Part shown: positions 22,037 through 24,000 of the stretch, piece after piece
How the letters are laid out: each line of letters begins with the position of its first letter
Position numbering within the stretch: position 1 is the first letter of the stretch
Assembly: GCA_011881725.1 (NCBI GenBank)
Contig: JAATUR010000025.1
Origin: Escherichia coli
GTDB lineage: Bacteria; Pseudomonadota; Gammaproteobacteria; Enterobacterales; Enterobacteriaceae
Reading direction: 5' to 3' (one strand)
DNA: 24,000 nt
The notes under the pieces: generated by a model
Databases searched by the model: none
What the model was told of the DNA's origin: nothing
Seen by the model: only the letters and a program-made list of their open reading frames with translations
Made by a program: the position numbers and the translations under genes

Positions 22037-22798
22037 ATGGAGCGAAAAATGGCAACACATTTTGCCCGAGGGATTTTAACGGAAGGACATCTGATTTCTG
22101 TTCGTCTCCCCTCCCAGTATCATCAAGAAGCCCAAAACATTCCCCCTCATCGTCAAAATCGTTTTCTGGCGTCCAGAGGTTTACTCGCAGAACTGATGTT
22201 CTTACTGTACGGCATTCGCGAATTGCCGGAAATCGTCACCCAGGCTAAAGGAAAGCCGGTTTTCCACGATAAAAATTTACCATCATTTTCAATATCCTAT
22301 GCTGGGAATATGGTCGGAGTAGCGTTAACAACTGAAGGTGAATGTGGCCTCGATATGGAACTACAGCGCGCGACTCGCGGGTTTCATAGCCCTCACGCTC
22401 CCGATAACCATGCTTTTTCCAGCAATGAATCAATATGGATCAGTAAACAAAACGATCCTAACGAAGCGCGAGCGCAGCTCATCACGCTTCGCCGAAGCGT
22501 GCTAAAACTTACCGGTGACGTTTTGAGTGACGACCCACGCAATCTGCAGTTAATGCCCATTGCGGGACGCCTGAAATGTGCCCATGTAAATCATGTAGAA
22601 GCGATATGCGACGCAGAGGAGGTGCTGGTATGGTCCGTGGCGGTAAGCCCAGCGATTGAAAAACTCAATGTCTGGGAGTTTGGTAGCAAACAAGGCTGGA
22701 AAAGCCTGCCGGATATTCACAGCCGCGCCAATGATCCTACCAGTCGGATGATGCGTTTTGCCCAGCTCTCTACCGTGAAGTCATTTTTACCAAATTGA
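22037..22798 (+). CDS. yieE: YieE, a 4'-phosphopantetheinyl transferase superfamily protein of unknown target
   Basis: This is a 253-aa ORF. It contains the PPTase-like blocks GKPVF...FSISYAG and GLDME. An alternative start at 22049 (MATHF) has a better Shine-Dalgarno (GGAG at 22040-22043). Confidence 0.85.
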   Translation: MERKMATHFARGILTEGHLISVRLPSQYHQEAQNIPPHRQNRFLASRGLLAELMFLLYGIRELPEIVTQAKGKPVFHDKNLPSFSISYAGNMVGVALTTEGECGLDMELQRATRGFHSPHAPDNHAFSSNESIWISKQNDPNEARAQLITLRRSVLKLTGDVLSDDPRNLQLMPIAGRLKCAHVNHVEAICDAEEVLVWSVAVSPAIEKLNVWEFGSKQGWKSLPDIHSRANDPTSRMMRFAQLSTVKSFLPN

Positions 22799-22819
22799 TA
22801 GACAACCACAGGAGTCATC

Positions 22820-23386
22820 ATGTCTGAAAAATTGAAGGTGGTTACGTTATTGGGAAGCCTGCGCAAAGGTTCATTTAATGGCATGGTTGCACGTACGCTG
22901 CCGAAAATTGCCCCGTCGGGTATGGAAATTAACGCATTGCCATCCATTGCTGACATTCCCTTATATGACGCTGACGTACAGCAGGAAGAAGGTTTTCCAG
23001 CAACAGTTGAAGCTCTGGCGGAACAAATTCGTCAGGCAGATGGTGTGGTGATCGTGACCCCGGAATATAACTACTCGGTGCCGGGTGGACTAAAAAATGC
23101 CATCGACTGGCTTTCCCGCCTGCCCGATCAGCCATTAGCCGGTAAACCGGTGTTGATTCAAACCAGCTCAATGGGCGTGATTGGCGGGGCGCGCTGTCAG
23201 TATCATTTGCGCCAGATCCTGGTCTTTCTCGATGCGATGGTGATGAACAAGCCAGAATTTATGGGCGGCGTGATACAGAACAAAGTGGATCCGCAGACCG
23301 GAGAAGTGATTGATCAGGGCACCCTGGATCATCTGACCGGGCAGTTGACTGCATTTGGCGAGTTTATTCAGCGGGTGAAAATCTAA
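22820..23386 (+). CDS. chrR: NADPH-dependent FMN quinone/chromate reductase ChrR (YieF), 188 aa
   Basis: The translation begins MSEKLKVVTLLGSLRKGSFNGMVARTL and contains VIVTPEYNYSVPGGLKNAIDWLSR, a flavodoxin-like NADPH-dependent FMN reductase fold. An AGGAG Shine-Dalgarno lies upstream. It starts 21 nt after yieE. Confidence 0.93.
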   Translation: MSEKLKVVTLLGSLRKGSFNGMVARTLPKIAPSGMEINALPSIADIPLYDADVQQEEGFPATVEALAEQIRQADGVVIVTPEYNYSVPGGLKNAIDWLSRLPDQPLAGKPVLIQTSSMGVIGGARCQYHLRQILVFLDAMVMNKPEFMGGVIQNKVDPQTGEVIDQGTLDHLTGQLTAFGEFIQRVKI

Positions 23387-23387
23387 A

Positions 23388-23426
23388 TAAAAAACCCGCC
23401 AGTGCTAATACATGGCGGGTTTTTTA
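23388..23426. terminator. Bidirectional rho-independent terminator between the convergent chrR and adeP
   Basis: An A6 run is followed by cccgcca (23395-23401), a loop, tggcggg (23413-23419) and a T6 run. Confidence 0.8.
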
Positions 23427-23440
23427 ACGTGATATCGATT

Positions 23441-24000
23441 TTAATGGGCGTCGATAAACACAATCTTCAGGATAAACAGTAGCGCCACCACAACCACACA
23501 TGGGCTTAGATCACGCAGACGGCCTGTACCGATTTTCATCACGCAGTAAGAGATAAAGCCCAGCGCGATACCTTCGGTAATCGAGAAGCTGAACGGCATC
23601 ATCACGGCGGTAATAAACGCCGGAACGGATTCGGTAAGATCCTGCCAATTCACGCGAGCAAGACTTGAGGTCATCAGCACGCCAACGTAAATCAGCGCAC
23701 CCGCCGCGGCGTAGCCAGGCACCATCCCCGCCAGCGGTGAAAGAAAGATAACCAGCAAAAACAACAGGCCAACAACCACTGCCGTCAGACCAGTACGCCC
23801 GCCAACAGAAACGCCAGAAGAAGATTCAATGTACGCAGTAACAGAAGAAGTACCGATAAATGAACCAGTCACAGAAGAGATACTGTCGACATACAGCGCC
23901 TGCTTCATGCGTGGGAATTTACCCTTATCATCTGCCAGTCCGGCTTTATCGGTCACGCCAATCAATGTACCGGAGGAGTCAAACAGGTTAACCAGCATGA
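23441..24000 (-). CDS. adeP: Adenine permease AdeP (YieG/PurP; NCS2/AzgA family). Only the C-terminal ~186 codons are present; the 5' end lies beyond the window end.
   Basis: The stop TAA is at 23441-23443. The frame stays open to the window edge. The translation includes ...GTSSVTAYIESSSGVSVGGRTGLTAVVVGLLFL...LFILKIVFIDAH. The M at 23998 in the ORF track is internal. Confidence 0.92.
   Translation of the reverse strand, partial: MLVNLFDSSGTLIGVTDKAGLADDKGKFPRMKQALYVDSISSVTGSFIGTSSVTAYIESSSGVSVGGRTGLTAVVVGLLFLLVIFLSPLAGMVPGYAAAGALIYVGVLMTSSLARVNWQDLTESVPAFITAVMMPFSFSITEGIALGFISYCVMKIGTGRLRDLSPCVVVVALLFILKIVFIDAH

Overview
This window is an ordinary core-chromosome segment of an Escherichia-type enterobacterium (about 50% GC), centred on the dnaA replication-gene neighbourhood. 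The gene order is ibpA' (partial), yidQ, yidR, cbrA, yidX, yidA, yidB, gyrB, recF, dnaN, dnaA, then divergently rpmH, rnpA, yidD, yidC, mnmE, tnaC-tnaA-tnaB, mdtL, yidZ, yieE, chrR and 'adeP (partial). All long ORFs translate to recognisable housekeeping or y-gene products. The order and orientation match my memory of E. coli K-12 around 83-84 min, and no gene is visibly disrupted. I see no rRNA, tRNA, CRISPR array, IS element, prophage or defence-island signature, and I do not find a previously undescribed multi-gene system. Every unexplained ORF in the six-frame track is an antisense shadow of a strongly coding gene. The sequence also supports several non-coding features. These include the ibpA sigma32 promoter and thermometer-type leader, and a perfect CreB cre-tag upstream of cbrA. 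There is a two-unit REP/BIME downstream of gyrB. The dnaA promoter region carries one consensus DnaA box and nine GATC sites, and two rpmH promoters follow it. The tna control region has a perfect CRP site, the tnaC leader peptide and a Rho-dependent spacer. Several rho-independent terminators are also present. Four departures from the K-12 layout deserve a second look; all K-12 comparisons are from memory and need an alignment. (1) The about 5-kb dgoRKADT D-galactonate operon expected between cbrA and yidX is absent, leaving 112 bp. (2) The adjacent yidX lipoprotein allele looks much more diverged than its flanking genes. (3) A 139-bp imperfect-palindrome, ERIC/IRU-like element separates dnaN from recF, which overlap in K-12. 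(4) tnaC ends in TAA rather than the K-12 TGA.
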